Assembly (NCBI GenBank): GCA_963515375.1
Contig: CAUPWE010000004.1
Location: 1,080-65,079, forward strand
From: an uncultured Candidatus Saccharibacteria bacterium
Lineage (GTDB): Bacteria > Patescibacteriota > Saccharimonadia > Saccharimonadales > Saccharimonadaceae
Direction: 5' to 3'
DNA length: 64,000 nt
Under the pieces are notes generated by a model that did no database searches, was not told the DNA's origin, and saw nothing but the letters and a program-made list of their open reading frames with translations. A program made the position numbers and the translations under genes. Shown here piece after piece: positions 9,708 to 19,610 of this stretch (positions are counted from its first letter, which is position 1; the number at the start of each line of letters is the position of its first letter).

Positions 9708-11125
9708 GTGTCAATTGTGGACGAACGACCATTACCATCCGAATTAAAGAGATATTCCGTTGAATCTATAGAAAATCTTTATGCCCAGCTAATGGATTTG
9801 TCTCCAAAAATCGTTACGATGTTCACACTGTCAAATCGCGCTGAACAGGAGGAGAAATTTTTGTCTGGTGAGGTCAGGAACCCTCAGTTTGTTTATGAAA
9901 AATTGGGTACGGCTGATTTTGGAGCAGTGATAAAAACATCCAGCAGCTTGGCGATAGCATACTAAACCACCCTGATTTACCGTCAAGACATAGGAAGGTC
10001 TATGAAGAATTTATTAAAAACTATCAAAAGCAAACTGAGCTTCTTCTTTGCGCGCAGATGTATCACGTCGTCGGGTCAGAATATAGGCAGGATATTGCCG
10101 AGAGGTATGCGCGTCTGAATGTGGAGAATTATGGCGAACCAGAGGAAGAGACGTATCGTTCGTTGTTGGGTGAAAAATTGAAAAATATCCATAGTAAAAA
10201 ATTAACAGGAAAAGCAAGTAAATTGCGTGAAGAATTATTTGGCATGGTTGACTTCGATTCTGATATGGATATTCCAGAAAGGTTTCGTCCATCAGATGAG
10301 ACGGTGGAATGGATACATGACGTAGCAAGGTCTTTGTATGGAGGTATGTTGAGCCATGTTCCGGTTGATAAATCTGAATTTTGTCTACATGAACTACAGG
10401 AAATATTCGTCAATGTTATCCAAAATGAGTTTAATACATATGGAAATTCTGGTGGTGTTAGGTTTTATAATGGTGCAGCAGAAGGCTGGCGGGTTTCTGT
10501 AGAGGAGGCTGGTTCTATTAATGTAAGATCTTCTGAGAAAAAGATCGTTATTCCTGATAATGGTATGATGAGGTCTCGTGAAAAAGTTGAAGAGCTGATA
10601 GTTCATGAAATTGGCGTTCATATGCTCAGAGCTATTACGGGTGGAGAGACTGACGTTCCTCCTTTGGCAAATGGTTTAAGCGGATACTATGACACAGAAG
10701 AGGGTTTGGGCGTGGTGATGGAGCAGGCTCTGAGGGGGAAGTTTGCCGAACGGGGCGTCGATCATTATATAACAGCTGGACTAGCGCATTATGACAAAAA
10801 AGATTTTCGTGGGGCATTTGAAGTGAAGTGGAGGCTGTCGCTGCTTAATTCCATTAAGGATGGTGATGAGATTAGTGATAAAAAAATAAAAAAGGCAAAA
10901 AAGACAGCTTTTGCTCAGACCTTGCGAAGCTTCCGTGGAACAAATGATATGCCTTTATTTAAGGATTTGAGCTATTATAATGGCTCGGTAGAGGCTTGGA
11001 GATATATAGATTCCATAATGGAGACTGTAGATAATCGCGACCTTAAGCTATTCCTGTTGTTGGCGGGTAAGGCGAGTATCTCAGTGGAGCATAGAGGAAT
11101 TGTTCTTGATTCTAAAACGAAGTAA
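9708..11125 (+). pseudogene. DUF1704 (MATCAP-like) metallo-carboxypeptidase split by a 1-nt frameshift (real or sequencing error)
   Basis: HEIGVH, TEEGLG and FKDLSYY in ORF 10058-11125; ORF 9708-9965 joins it if one A is added at the A-run 9932-9936 (VIK-NIQQLGDSILNHPD...AQMYHVV). Confidence 0.75.
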
Positions 11126-11180
11126 GCGCCAACTGTCATGTATTTGATATATATCGAAAAATATGCCATAATATTTACGC

Positions 11181-11687
11181 ATGAAAGAAAAAACCGTTAT
11201 TGGATCGACTGAATTCGTGGATTTCGGCAAACGAGCGCAAAAAGTCCCAGCTAAGATTGATACGGGGGCTGATTCAAGTGTAGTGTGGGCGAGCAATATT
11301 CGTATTGATAAAGATGGAGTACTAAAGTTTTCGCTGTTTGGTGAAGGGTCTCCTTATTATAACGGTAAAATCTTTAAGAGGACGGATTATTCTGTGGCTA
11401 GTGTACGTTCCGCCATGGGACAAGAGCAAGTTCGCTATCGTACACATTTTTGGGTAAAAATTGGCGGTCGAAAAATTAAAATATTGATGAATTTATCCGA
11501 TCGATCAAAAAATGAATTTCCAGTGCTAATTGGAAGACGATCGATTTCTGGAAAATTCATAGTGGACGTATCGAGGAAAAATATCCGTAGAAAAAAACCG
11601 TCCGTAACTATTAGTCTTAATGAAGAAATAAAACAAGACCCATATAAATTTTATAAAAAATATCATCAAAAAGGTGGAGAGAAATAA
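11181..11687 (+). CDS. RimB-like retropepsin-fold protease ('ATP-dependent zinc protease' family)
   Basis: PAKIDTGADSS, VRSAMG and LSDRSKNEFPVLIGR; directly upstream of rimK. Confidence 0.9.
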   Translation: MKEKTVIGSTEFVDFGKRAQKVPAKIDTGADSSVVWASNIRIDKDGVLKFSLFGEGSPYYNGKIFKRTDYSVASVRSAMGQEQVRYRTHFWVKIGGRKIKILMNLSDRSKNEFPVLIGRRSISGKFIVDVSRKNIRRKKPSVTISLNEEIKQDPYKFYKKYHQKGGEK

Positions 11688-12604
11688 TGCGAATTGCGAT
11701 CTTATCTAACGGGAATGCTAATTATTCTACACTCCGCCTAAAAGAAGAAGCCGAAAAACGTGGGCATCAGGTTAAGGTTATTAAATATAAAAATTGCTAT
11801 GTTTCAATTGACGAAAAACATCCGACGGTTATTTATAAAGGTAAGGAAATTGGTGAGTTTGATGTGGTGATTCCGAGAATTGCTAGTTACATGACGAAGT
11901 ACGGTACGGCAGTCTTGCGCCAATTGGAGATGATGTATCCGAAAGCTTTTTTCATGAATCGGTCTATTGCTATTACGCGGGCGCGGGATAAATTGCGTTC
12001 AACGCAGTTACTAGTTAAAGCGGGTGTGTCAATTCCAAAGACGGTTTTCTCGCGGAATGCGACGGATATCGACTCGTTGATTGAAGAAATTGGTGGCATG
12101 CCAGCGATTATCAAATTGGCGCGCGGCACACACGGTAATGGCGTCGTCTTAGCCGAGACAAAGAAGGCAGCCAAGTCGGTTCTTCAGGCGTTTTATCTGA
12201 CAAATTCTGATGGTACCAACGTGCTACTTCAGGAATTTATTAGAGAATCGGCAGGCGTTGATATTCGAGCATTTGTGGTTGGTAGCCAAGTAGTGGCAAG
12301 TATGAAGCGCCAGAGTCTGGACGATGATTTTCGGAGTAATTTGCATAAAGGCGGTCTCGGCGAATCAATCAAGCTTACTGATACTGAGCGAAAAATGTGC
12401 GTTAAGGCTGCTAGAGCTATGGGTTTGACGATCGCTGGTGTCGATTTTATGCGATCGGGTCGCGGCGCGTTGGTATTGGAGGTCAACGCTAGTCCAGGAT
12501 TTGGTATTGAGAAAGTAACACGTCGGAATGTGGCGAGTAGAATAATTGATTATATTGAGCGCAATGCTAAGCGCGGCAATAAAAAAGATAAAATCGGCGC
12601 TTAA
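11687..12604 (+). CDS. rimK: RimK-family alpha-L-glutamate ligase (ATP-grasp)
   Basis: DVVIPRI, ARDKLRS, QEFIRES.GVDIRAFVVG, DFRSNLHKGG and LEVNASPG. Confidence 0.93.
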   Translation: MRIAILSNGNANYSTLRLKEEAEKRGHQVKVIKYKNCYVSIDEKHPTVIYKGKEIGEFDVVIPRIASYMTKYGTAVLRQLEMMYPKAFFMNRSIAITRARDKLRSTQLLVKAGVSIPKTVFSRNATDIDSLIEEIGGMPAIIKLARGTHGNGVVLAETKKAAKSVLQAFYLTNSDGTNVLLQEFIRESAGVDIRAFVVGSQVVASMKRQSLDDDFRSNLHKGGLGESIKLTDTERKMCVKAARAMGLTIAGVDFMRSGRGALVLEVNASPGFGIEKVTRRNVASRIIDYIERNAKRGNKKDKIGA

Positions 12605-12628
12605 GCATAAACTTGATATAATAAATAT

Positions 12629-13120
12629 ATGAGCGAGCTGCTGCATCCGGCAAGAACTCGGGCTGCTATTAAATGGCTGTTTATCTGTGGCGTGCTGATA
12701 GCTATTGGTGCAGCAATTTTTTATGCGTTTCGAGCGGTTACGCCAAAAACAGAGATGCTTTATCTTAATAAAACGATGCTTCGAGCGGAAGTCGCTGACG
12801 ACGAAGAGTCGCGGCGCAAGGGGCTAGGCGGTCGCTTGGGGATGGATGAAAATTATGCGATGCTGTTTGTGTTTGATAATAGCGATCGACACCAAATGTG
12901 GATGAAAGATATGAATTTCTCAGTCGATATTATTTGGATTAATGAACGTAAACGTGTTGTTCATGTGCGACATAACGTTAAGCCAGATACTGAGCCTTAT
13001 GAAAAATATAGCCCAACAGTTCCGGCAAGGTATGTGTTGGAGGTAAAGGCGGGTGTTGCTAAACGGGCAGGTGTGACGGTTGGGTCGCCGGTAAAATTTG
13101 ATTTGGAGGAGAACAGATGA
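12629..13120 (+). CDS. DUF192 domain protein with N-terminal anchor
   Basis: AEVAD..SRRKGLGGR, MLFVF, MWMKDMNFSVDIIWI and YVLEVKAG. Confidence 0.9.
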   Translation: MSELLHPARTRAAIKWLFICGVLIAIGAAIFYAFRAVTPKTEMLYLNKTMLRAEVADDEESRRKGLGGRLGMDENYAMLFVFDNSDRHQMWMKDMNFSVDIIWINERKRVVHVRHNVKPDTEPYEKYSPTVPARYVLEVKAGVAKRAGVTVGSPVKFDLEENR

Positions 13121-13596
13121 GCGTAATAATTTTATTTGGGGCAATTTTAGTGGCGGTTTTTATGATTGCATTCGTGTCGTCTCGGCGATTTGGTCCGTTG
13201 GCGTTGTCGTTGGCGGCGGGGTTTTTGTTGTCAGAGTGGTGGGCAAGTTGGCTGACGGGTTTGCTGGATGGATTAAAATTGGCGGTTAGCTGGCTACCTA
13301 ACGGAGTAATTGCGGCGTTAATCCTAACATTGATTCCGCTATTTACGCTATTGCTGGGCGGACCGAAATATCAACGTAAACACGAAAAGATTGTTTCTGC
13401 GGTGGCAATTGCGTTTTTAACGGCAGCATTGTTGGTGGTGCCATTAGGAAAGTACGTATCATTAGATGGCCAAGCGATGGATTTATATAAGGTATTTGCA
13501 AATAGCTGGCGGTATATTGCGACGGCAGGATTGGTGTTTGGGCTGGTAGATTTGTTCTTGCTACACACGGGTGGACATAAATCTAGCAAGCATTGA
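13117..13596 (+). CDS. Small multi-pass membrane protein (possibly CvpA-like)
   Basis: About 5 hydrophobic segments; ATGA overlap with the previous gene. Confidence 0.75.
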   Translation: MSVIILFGAILVAVFMIAFVSSRRFGPLALSLAAGFLLSEWWASWLTGLLDGLKLAVSWLPNGVIAALILTLIPLFTLLLGGPKYQRKHEKIVSAVAIAFLTAALLVVPLGKYVSLDGQAMDLYKVFANSWRYIATAGLVFGLVDLFLLHTGGHKSSKH

Positions 13597-13651
13597 CCTC
13601 ATGGGTGTTTTGTGCTAGGATAAAGAAAGCGGATTTTCCGTTTTTATGGAT

Positions 13652-13728
13652 GGGCCCATAGCTCAGCTGGTTAGAGCACCTGCCTTTTAAGCAGGGTGTC
13701 CCGGGTTCAAGCCCCGGTGGGCCCTCCA
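13652..13728 (+). tRNA. tRNA-Lys(UUU)
   Basis: Cloverleaf, anticodon arm CCTGC-CTTTTAA-GCAGG, CCA end; promoter TTGACC-17-TAGGAT. Confidence 0.97.
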
Positions 13729-13739
13729 GTTTTGAAATC

Positions 13740-13761
13740 GACTCCTTTTGGAGTCTTTTTT
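13740..13761 (+). terminator. Intrinsic terminator after tRNA-Lys
   Basis: GACTCC-tttt-GGAGTC followed by a T-run. Confidence 0.8.
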
Positions 13762-13790
13762 CTTACCTGTAATCTGGTTATACTTTAACT

Positions 13791-15242
13791 ATGAGTAGCC
13801 ACTTATTTGAGAAAATTCATATTTCTTGGTTGGTGGCGGCGTGGTGCTTGGGGCTGACGGTTGGCGTAATTGCGGTTCATCATTTGCCGCGGTCGGTTGA
13901 ATTTAACGTGCTGGCGTTATTTAGCGGGATAATATTGTTTGTGCCAGTACTTGTCTGGCGGTGGCGGTTATTGATGATTGCGGCAATTATTTCTGGCGGT
14001 TTGGCGGGGCTGTGGCGCGGTGAAATGGGCCGAGCCGGTTTGGAGGTTTATGACTCGCTCATTGGCAAAAGTGCGGTTATTCAGGGCCGCGTTTTGGAAG
14101 ATCCTGACATTGATAAGAAAGGGCAAACGGTGCTGCGGTTGAGTGACTTGCGGATCAACGGCAATAAATTAGCGGGGCAACTGTGGGTGGTAACGGCTGA
14201 CAAGCGTCCCATTAAACGCAGCGACATCGTTCAGGCTCAAGGAAAATTGACGGCGGGTTTTGGTGCTTTTTCGGCGAGCATGTATCGGGCGAAAATTGGC
14301 AGCGTCGAGCGTCCAGTCCCCGGCGACGTGGCGGTTGGAGTGCGGGATTGGTTTGCCGAGCGAGTGCGCAAGCATATTCCAGAGTCCGAGTCGGCGCTGG
14401 GTTTGGGATTTTTGTTGGGACTACGGCGAGCTATGCCGACGGAACTGAGCGATAATTTAAAGATTGCTGGACTGACGCACATTGTGGTAGCCAGTGGTTA
14501 TAATTTGACAATTTTAGTACGCCTGGCGCGGCGGCTGTTTGCCAAGCGTTCAAAATATTTGGCAATGCTCAGCGCGGCAACGATGATCCTTGGCTTCATG
14601 GCGGTAACGGGTTTGAGTCCGAGCATGTCACGGGCTGGGCTGGTGGCGGGCTTGAGCCTGGCAGCGTGGTATTATGGCCGGACGATTCATCCGCTGGTAC
14701 TGCTGCCAGTCTCAGCAGCGATTACACTACTGGTCAATCCGCAATTTGGCTGGGGCGATTTGGGTTGGCAACTGAGCTTCGCGTCGTTTACTGGCGTGAT
14801 CATTATGGCACCGCTGCTGCACAAATATTTCTTTGGCGACAAAGACCCTGGCACATTTCGACAAATTTTGATCGAGACGCTGTCGGCGCAGCTTGCGACA
14901 CTGCCGCTATTGATGATGAGCTTCGGCGTGGTTAGTAATGTAGCGCTGATCGCTAATATGCTGATTTTGCCGTTTGTGCCGCTGGCGATGCTATTGACCT
15001 TTGCGTCAGGTGTGCTGGCGATGGTGCCGATGATTGGCGCGGCCATTGCCCTGCCGACGACCTGGCTGCTCAGCTATATGATTCAGGCGGCTAATTGGCT
15101 GGCGAGACTGGAATGGGCGCAGATGGAAGTGAATATTACTTGGTGGCAGTGCGGTTTGATGTATGCGGCGATGATTGGCGCTATGTGGTGGATGAAGAAA
15201 CAGACGAAATTAGATCTCATTCAGGTGAATATCGTGGAGTAG
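13791..15242 (+). CDS. comEC: ComEC/Rec2 DNA-uptake channel (no C-terminal metallo-beta-lactamase domain)
   Basis: AGLTHIVVASGYN, SPSMSRAG and DLGWQLSF; multiple TM helices. Confidence 0.92.
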   Translation: MSSHLFEKIHISWLVAAWCLGLTVGVIAVHHLPRSVEFNVLALFSGIILFVPVLVWRWRLLMIAAIISGGLAGLWRGEMGRAGLEVYDSLIGKSAVIQGRVLEDPDIDKKGQTVLRLSDLRINGNKLAGQLWVVTADKRPIKRSDIVQAQGKLTAGFGAFSASMYRAKIGSVERPVPGDVAVGVRDWFAERVRKHIPESESALGLGFLLGLRRAMPTELSDNLKIAGLTHIVVASGYNLTILVRLARRLFAKRSKYLAMLSAATMILGFMAVTGLSPSMSRAGLVAGLSLAAWYYGRTIHPLVLLPVSAAITLLVNPQFGWGDLGWQLSFASFTGVIIMAPLLHKYFFGDKDPGTFRQILIETLSAQLATLPLLMMSFGVVSNVALIANMLILPFVPLAMLLTFASGVLAMVPMIGAAIALPTTWLLSYMIQAANWLARLEWAQMEVNITWWQCGLMYAAMIGAMWWMKKQTKLDLIQVNIVE

Positions 15243-15290
15243 TGTATAATAGTAACAGATTGAAATAGCAAATAAACGGTAGGAGATAAT

Positions 15291-16007
15291 ATGTCAGGAC
15301 ATAGTAAGTGGGCAACGACGCATCGGCAGAAGGCAGTTGTGGACGCCAAACGCGGTGCGATTTTTACGAAATTGGGTAATCAAATTGCAATTGCTGCCCG
15401 CGGCGGTACCGACCCGACGCTAAATTCAAGTTTAGCAATGGCCATCGAAAAAGCTAAAGCAGCCAATATGCCAAGCGCTAACATTCAGCGGGCAATTGAC
15501 CGCGTGGCGGATAAGAACGCGGCGGCACTGGAGGAAATTACCTATGAAGGTTACGGCCCGGGCGGCGTTGGTATCATCATCGAAACAGCGACCGACAATC
15601 GCAACCGCACCTTACCAGAAGTCAAAACGGCGTTGGTGAAAAACGGCGGGCGCATTGCTGACGCTGGCAGCGTGGCGTTTCAGTTTACTCGTAAGGGGGT
15701 GATCGCCGTGGAAGGCACAGGCGAGGAATTGCTATTACAAGTGCTGGATGCTGGTGCTGAGGATGCGGTCGAAGAAGACGGCGAGATTATTGTTTACACG
15801 GAGTTGAAGGATTTGGCGAGCGTTAGAAATCAGTTGGTTGAGCAGGGTTTGAACGTAAAAGACGCCGAGCTGCGCTACATTGCCAATACGCCAGTTGAGA
15901 TTGCTGATTCGGAAACAGCACAGAAATTGATGAAGGTCGTTGACGCGCTGGATGATTTGGACGATGTGGTGGATGTCCACACAAATGCTGATATTACCGC
16001 AGAATAA
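15291..16007 (+). CDS. yebC: YebC/PmpR family protein
   Basis: MSGHSKWAT, YEGYGPGG, TDNRNRT and DDLDDV. Confidence 0.97.
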   Translation: MSGHSKWATTHRQKAVVDAKRGAIFTKLGNQIAIAARGGTDPTLNSSLAMAIEKAKAANMPSANIQRAIDRVADKNAAALEEITYEGYGPGGVGIIIETATDNRNRTLPEVKTALVKNGGRIADAGSVAFQFTRKGVIAVEGTGEELLLQVLDAGAEDAVEEDGEIIVYTELKDLASVRNQLVEQGLNVKDAELRYIANTPVEIADSETAQKLMKVVDALDDLDDVVDVHTNADITAE

Positions 16008-16020
16008 AAATTAATATCAG

Positions 16021-16058
16021 AAAAAAATCGCCTCATTTTCCGAGGCGGTTTTTATTTT
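16021..16058 (+). terminator. Intrinsic terminator after yebC
   Basis: AAAATCGCCTC-attttcc-GAGGCGGTTTTT. Confidence 0.8.
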
Positions 16059-16123
16059 GGTGTTTTTATTTTAGTAAAAAGTACGCTACACTAAGGGTAG
16101 TCAAACATAAGCAAGGGGCGAGC

Positions 16124-17875
16124 ATGAAATATTTGCGATACACACTACTTATGATACTAATTACGGCGTTGATCATGCCGTCGCCGTCAGTTTTGGCGGT
16201 TGGTGATACGGGATCTAATATGAAATCCGAGGGCGGCATATCTCAGACTATTGATAAATCAACTGACAATATGCCCCCTAGCAAGGATCTGACTACGGAC
16301 ACGCCGCCATCTCAATTGAATAATGATCCAAAACAAAATCCTGACAAAGAACAGTCATCGCCAGAAAAACAGCCTGAAGTCAATCCGCCAACTGCTGAGC
16401 CGCCAAAGCAGGAATTGCAGACACCCAATCAGGGTAATGATTCATTAGACAACATGTCGCAAATTTTGATATCAAAAGTTAGCCCCGACAAGAAGTATAT
16501 TGAGATATATAATCCAACAGACAGTAATGTGAAGCTAGCAGGTTGGAAAATTGAACACTATAAGGCTGATGTGAAGACCGGCGGAAAAGAGTTCAAGGAT
16601 AAGGTTATTCTGGCGAATGATTTTCTGGTGCTGTCAAATGATCCGGCACTAACAAAAGCGGTGAAGTTTGACAAGGCGCCGAATATGATTCAGGGTGAAG
16701 GGTCGGTGATATTGTTGCGGGCTGATGGATCGATTGCGGATGTTGTTGGCTGGGGCGAGGCAAAGAAATTTTTGGGTACGCCCGTAACTGGCGGTGTAAA
16801 AACTGTCTGGCGCTGTTTTGCTGGCGGCCTCATCGTTGACTCAAAAAATAATCTGGCTGACTTTTCGTCAAACAAAACAGATAATAATCAGGAAGTCTCG
16901 CCATATGAGCGCCCGCAGTGTAAAGCTCCTGAGCCGCCAAAACCACTCAACAAATGTGAAGGTTTGAAGCTGAATGAAGTTGCTTCTCATGTTGACGAGC
17001 CGTTCATCGAACTAGTAAATGTGAGCGACAAGGCTATCAAGATAGCTGGCTGCAAGCTGGAGACTAGCAGTAGTAATTCGCAAGAGGTACTTGGTGATAT
17101 TGAGCTGAAGCCTGGTGAATTATGGGCGGTCGAAGTGAATCATGTGGGATTAAAATTACCAAAAATGAAAGGTAAGGTGCGTATCCTGGACGAGGCTGGC
17201 GCGGAAATTAATGCTACTACATATGACAAAATAGCAAAGGGCGCTTCTTGGAGTTTGTTTGATGGTGAATGGATGCAGACGTTTGCGGTGACTGAGAATT
17301 CTGCTAATGTGTTTAAGGAATATGCGGATTGTCAGAGTGGGTATGAGCGTAGCGCACTGGGCAAATGTGTGAAGATTTCGGTGCCGCCTGCTGCGTCTGA
17401 TGTGTTGGCGCCGTGCCCAACTGGTCAATATCGGCACCCTGAAACTCGTCGCTGTCGGAAGGTTGAAACCACCAAAGTCAAGCCCGTGACGCCGTGTAAA
17501 GAGGGCTATTACCGCAGTGAAGCGACGGGTCGCTGTCGCTCAATCGCCTCGGCCGCCGCTAAAACCTTGAAGCCATGTCCTGATGGTCAATTTCGTAACC
17601 CAGCAACTGGCCGCTGCAAGAAAATTGCTGCCGCAGATGACATTCTAAAAGACTGTCCGGAAGGATTTGAGCGCAACCCAACCACCCGGCGTTGTCGGAA
17701 AATAAAAACTGCCAGTATACCAGTTGTTGGCTCGGCGACAGCGGGCGTTCAACAAGTCACTGGCGCGACCTGGGGCTGGTGGGTGTTTGGTGGCGTTAGT
17801 TTGTTAGCGGCAGGCTACGGCGCATGGCAGTGGCGCTGGGAGCTTTCGCAATTGATACGAAAATTGCGAAGATGA
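16124..17875 (+). CDS. Surface protein: signal peptide, two lamin-tail (LTD) domains, five Cys-pair repeats, C-terminal TM anchor
   Basis: ILISKV..YIEIYNPT..KLAGWKI and LKLNEV..FIELVN; CxxGxxRxxxTxRCxK repeats; WGWWVFGGVSLLAAGYGAW. Confidence 0.85.
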   Translation: MKYLRYTLLMILITALIMPSPSVLAVGDTGSNMKSEGGISQTIDKSTDNMPPSKDLTTDTPPSQLNNDPKQNPDKEQSSPEKQPEVNPPTAEPPKQELQTPNQGNDSLDNMSQILISKVSPDKKYIEIYNPTDSNVKLAGWKIEHYKADVKTGGKEFKDKVILANDFLVLSNDPALTKAVKFDKAPNMIQGEGSVILLRADGSIADVVGWGEAKKFLGTPVTGGVKTVWRCFAGGLIVDSKNNLADFSSNKTDNNQEVSPYERPQCKAPEPPKPLNKCEGLKLNEVASHVDEPFIELVNVSDKAIKIAGCKLETSSSNSQEVLGDIELKPGELWAVEVNHVGLKLPKMKGKVRILDEAGAEINATTYDKIAKGASWSLFDGEWMQTFAVTENSANVFKEYADCQSGYERSALGKCVKISVPPAASDVLAPCPTGQYRHPETRRCRKVETTKVKPVTPCKEGYYRSEATGRCRSIASAAAKTLKPCPDGQFRNPATGRCKKIAAADDILKDCPEGFERNPTTRRCRKIKTASIPVVGSATAGVQQVTGATWGWWVFGGVSLLAAGYGAWQWRWELSQLIRKLRR

Positions 17876-17916
17876 GTTAGTGACCGAGCGGTCAAATAAT
17901 TGCTATAATACAACAC

Positions 17917-18390
17917 ATGAGAATTATTGGTATTGATCCAGGAACGGGGATTTTGGGATTTGGTGTGATTGATTTTTCGGGCGGTAAGTTTAAGCTGGTG
18001 ACAGCGGGAGTTGTCAGAACGCCAGCACACACGCCAATTGATGAGCGACTGGAAGAAATTTTTGACAGTTTGACGGAGATCATTACTGAGACTAAGCCTG
18101 ACGTGATGTCGATTGAGAAATTGTTTTTTGCTCGTAACGTCACGACAGCAATTTCCGTGGCAGAAGCGCGTGGTGTAGCGATGCTCACGGGGAGAAAAGC
18201 GGGCTTGCCAATCGCCGAATATACGCCGCTGCAAATAAAACAGACGCTGACGGGCTATGGCAAGGCTGATAAAAAGCAAGTGCAGGAAATGGTTCGCCTG
18301 AATTTGGGACTCAAGGATGTGCCGAAGCCAGACGACTGTGCTGATGCTCTGGCAGCGGCAATTACTCATGCGGCGATGAATCGGGTATAA
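17917..18390 (+). CDS. ruvC: Holliday junction resolvase RuvC
   Basis: IIGIDPG, EYTPLQIK, GYGKADKKQV and DDCADALA. Confidence 0.97.
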   Translation: MRIIGIDPGTGILGFGVIDFSGGKFKLVTAGVVRTPAHTPIDERLEEIFDSLTEIITETKPDVMSIEKLFFARNVTTAISVAEARGVAMLTGRKAGLPIAEYTPLQIKQTLTGYGKADKKQVQEMVRLNLGLKDVPKPDDCADALAAAITHAAMNRV

Positions 18391-18397
18391 TTAGAAT

Positions 18398-18973
18398 ATG
18401 ATTGCACATGTTTTTGGAAAAGTTGCCGAGAAGTTTAACGGGTCGTTGGTGATTGACGTTCACGGCGTTGGCTATGAAGTTAGCGTGGCGGCTGGTGATT
18501 TTGATGCGGTGATGCTGGATCAGGATGTGAAGTTTTATACCTATCATCATGTTCGCGAGCAGGCAGAAGAATTGTTTGGTTTTTCGAGTCTGGCGGCAAA
18601 GAAGCTGTTTGAAATGCTCATCACGGTTCAGGGTGTCGGTCCGAAAGCAGCGTTGGCAATTCTCAGCCTGGGTGACGCAGAGCACGTGCGCAATGCCATT
18701 GCTAATGCCGACAGTGCTTTTGTGCAAAAAGCTGCTGGCGTCGGCAAAAAAACTGCTGAGCGCGTAGTGGTTGATTTGAGTGATAAGGTTGGCTTGCCAA
18801 CGCGGTATGGTCGAGCGGACACGCCAGTCCAGGTTGAACTGAATACTTCTGATGAGGCACTGGAGGCACTGATGGCGCTGGGCTACACTTTGGCTGACGC
18901 TACCAAGGCGCTGGAAAATATCGATGTCAATCTGCCAACGGCGCAGCGGGTGACCGAGGCGCTGAAGAAATAG
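18398..18973 (+). CDS. ruvA: Holliday junction branch migration protein RuvA
   Basis: DVHGVGYEV, VQGVGPKAAL, GVGKKTAER and ALMALGY. Confidence 0.97.
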   Translation: MIAHVFGKVAEKFNGSLVIDVHGVGYEVSVAAGDFDAVMLDQDVKFYTYHHVREQAEELFGFSSLAAKKLFEMLITVQGVGPKAALAILSLGDAEHVRNAIANADSAFVQKAAGVGKKTAERVVVDLSDKVGLPTRYGRADTPVQVELNTSDEALEALMALGYTLADATKALENIDVNLPTAQRVTEALKK

Positions 18974-18982
18974 CGGATATAG

Positions 18983-19010
18983 AAAAAGGACGCTAAAAGC
19001 ATAGCGTCCT
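18983..19010 (-). terminator. Terminator between convergent ruvA and the DUF4352 gene
   Basis: AGGACGCTA-N6-TAGCGTCCT, followed by a T-run on the minus strand. Confidence 0.8.
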
Positions 19011-19030
19011 CATAATGATAATTAGTTTTC

Positions 19031-19579
19031 TTACGGCTCAATAATAATTTTCTTATTTGACCAGAATGACGGTTGGTAATGAATTTTGATTTTTGAATCT
19101 TTTGCAACCTCAAAAATGACAGAACCCTCTTTTTTACCGTTGACTGCCAGGTCGCCAGATCCCAGGCTATCGCTTGCGGTGAAGGCTGTACCACTTGGTC
19201 CTTCAATAGCACCGTTTGCATCCTCAATTTTCCAATCGAATGTATTGAAAGACAATTCGCTATTTGATTTGTTAACGATTGAAACGTTTGCTTTAACATA
19301 TTCTTTGCCATCGCTAGCTTTAATGAATTGATTGCCAGAGTTCCAATTGCGATCAATTGACTTGATTGTTACTTCTTTGCCGTCAAAAGCGATAGTTTCG
19401 CCAACTTTGAAAGTGGTCTTTTCGGATGGTTTATTCTCCGAAGTAGCGTTATTATTGTTCGAATTAACTACAGTGGCTTTGTTTTGCTGCGATGCGCTGT
19501 ATGCTCCAATCACAATAATAACAACAACTACCCAAAACCAAGCCTTTTTAAAAACTGGTTTTTTCTCTTTTGTGTTCAT
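19031..19579 (-). CDS. DUF4352 (Ig-like) membrane-anchored surface protein
   Basis: KKPVFKKAWFW plus TM; FKVGET, GKEYVKANVSIVN and LGSGDLAVNGKKEGSVIFEV. Confidence 0.85.
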   Translation of the reverse strand: MNTKEKKPVFKKAWFWVVVVIIVIGAYSASQQNKATVVNSNNNNATSENKPSEKTTFKVGETIAFDGKEVTIKSIDRNWNSGNQFIKASDGKEYVKANVSIVNKSNSELSFNTFDWKIEDANGAIEGPSGTAFTASDSLGSGDLAVNGKKEGSVIFEVAKDSKIKIHYQPSFWSNKKIIIEP

Positions 19580-19610
19580 TTTATCCCCTCCTATGAGATA
19601 TGCTGTCTAA

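Noticed and set aside
11143..11158. AT-rich near-palindrome upstream of rimB
   Set aside because: Mostly a TA dinucleotide run, likely by chance
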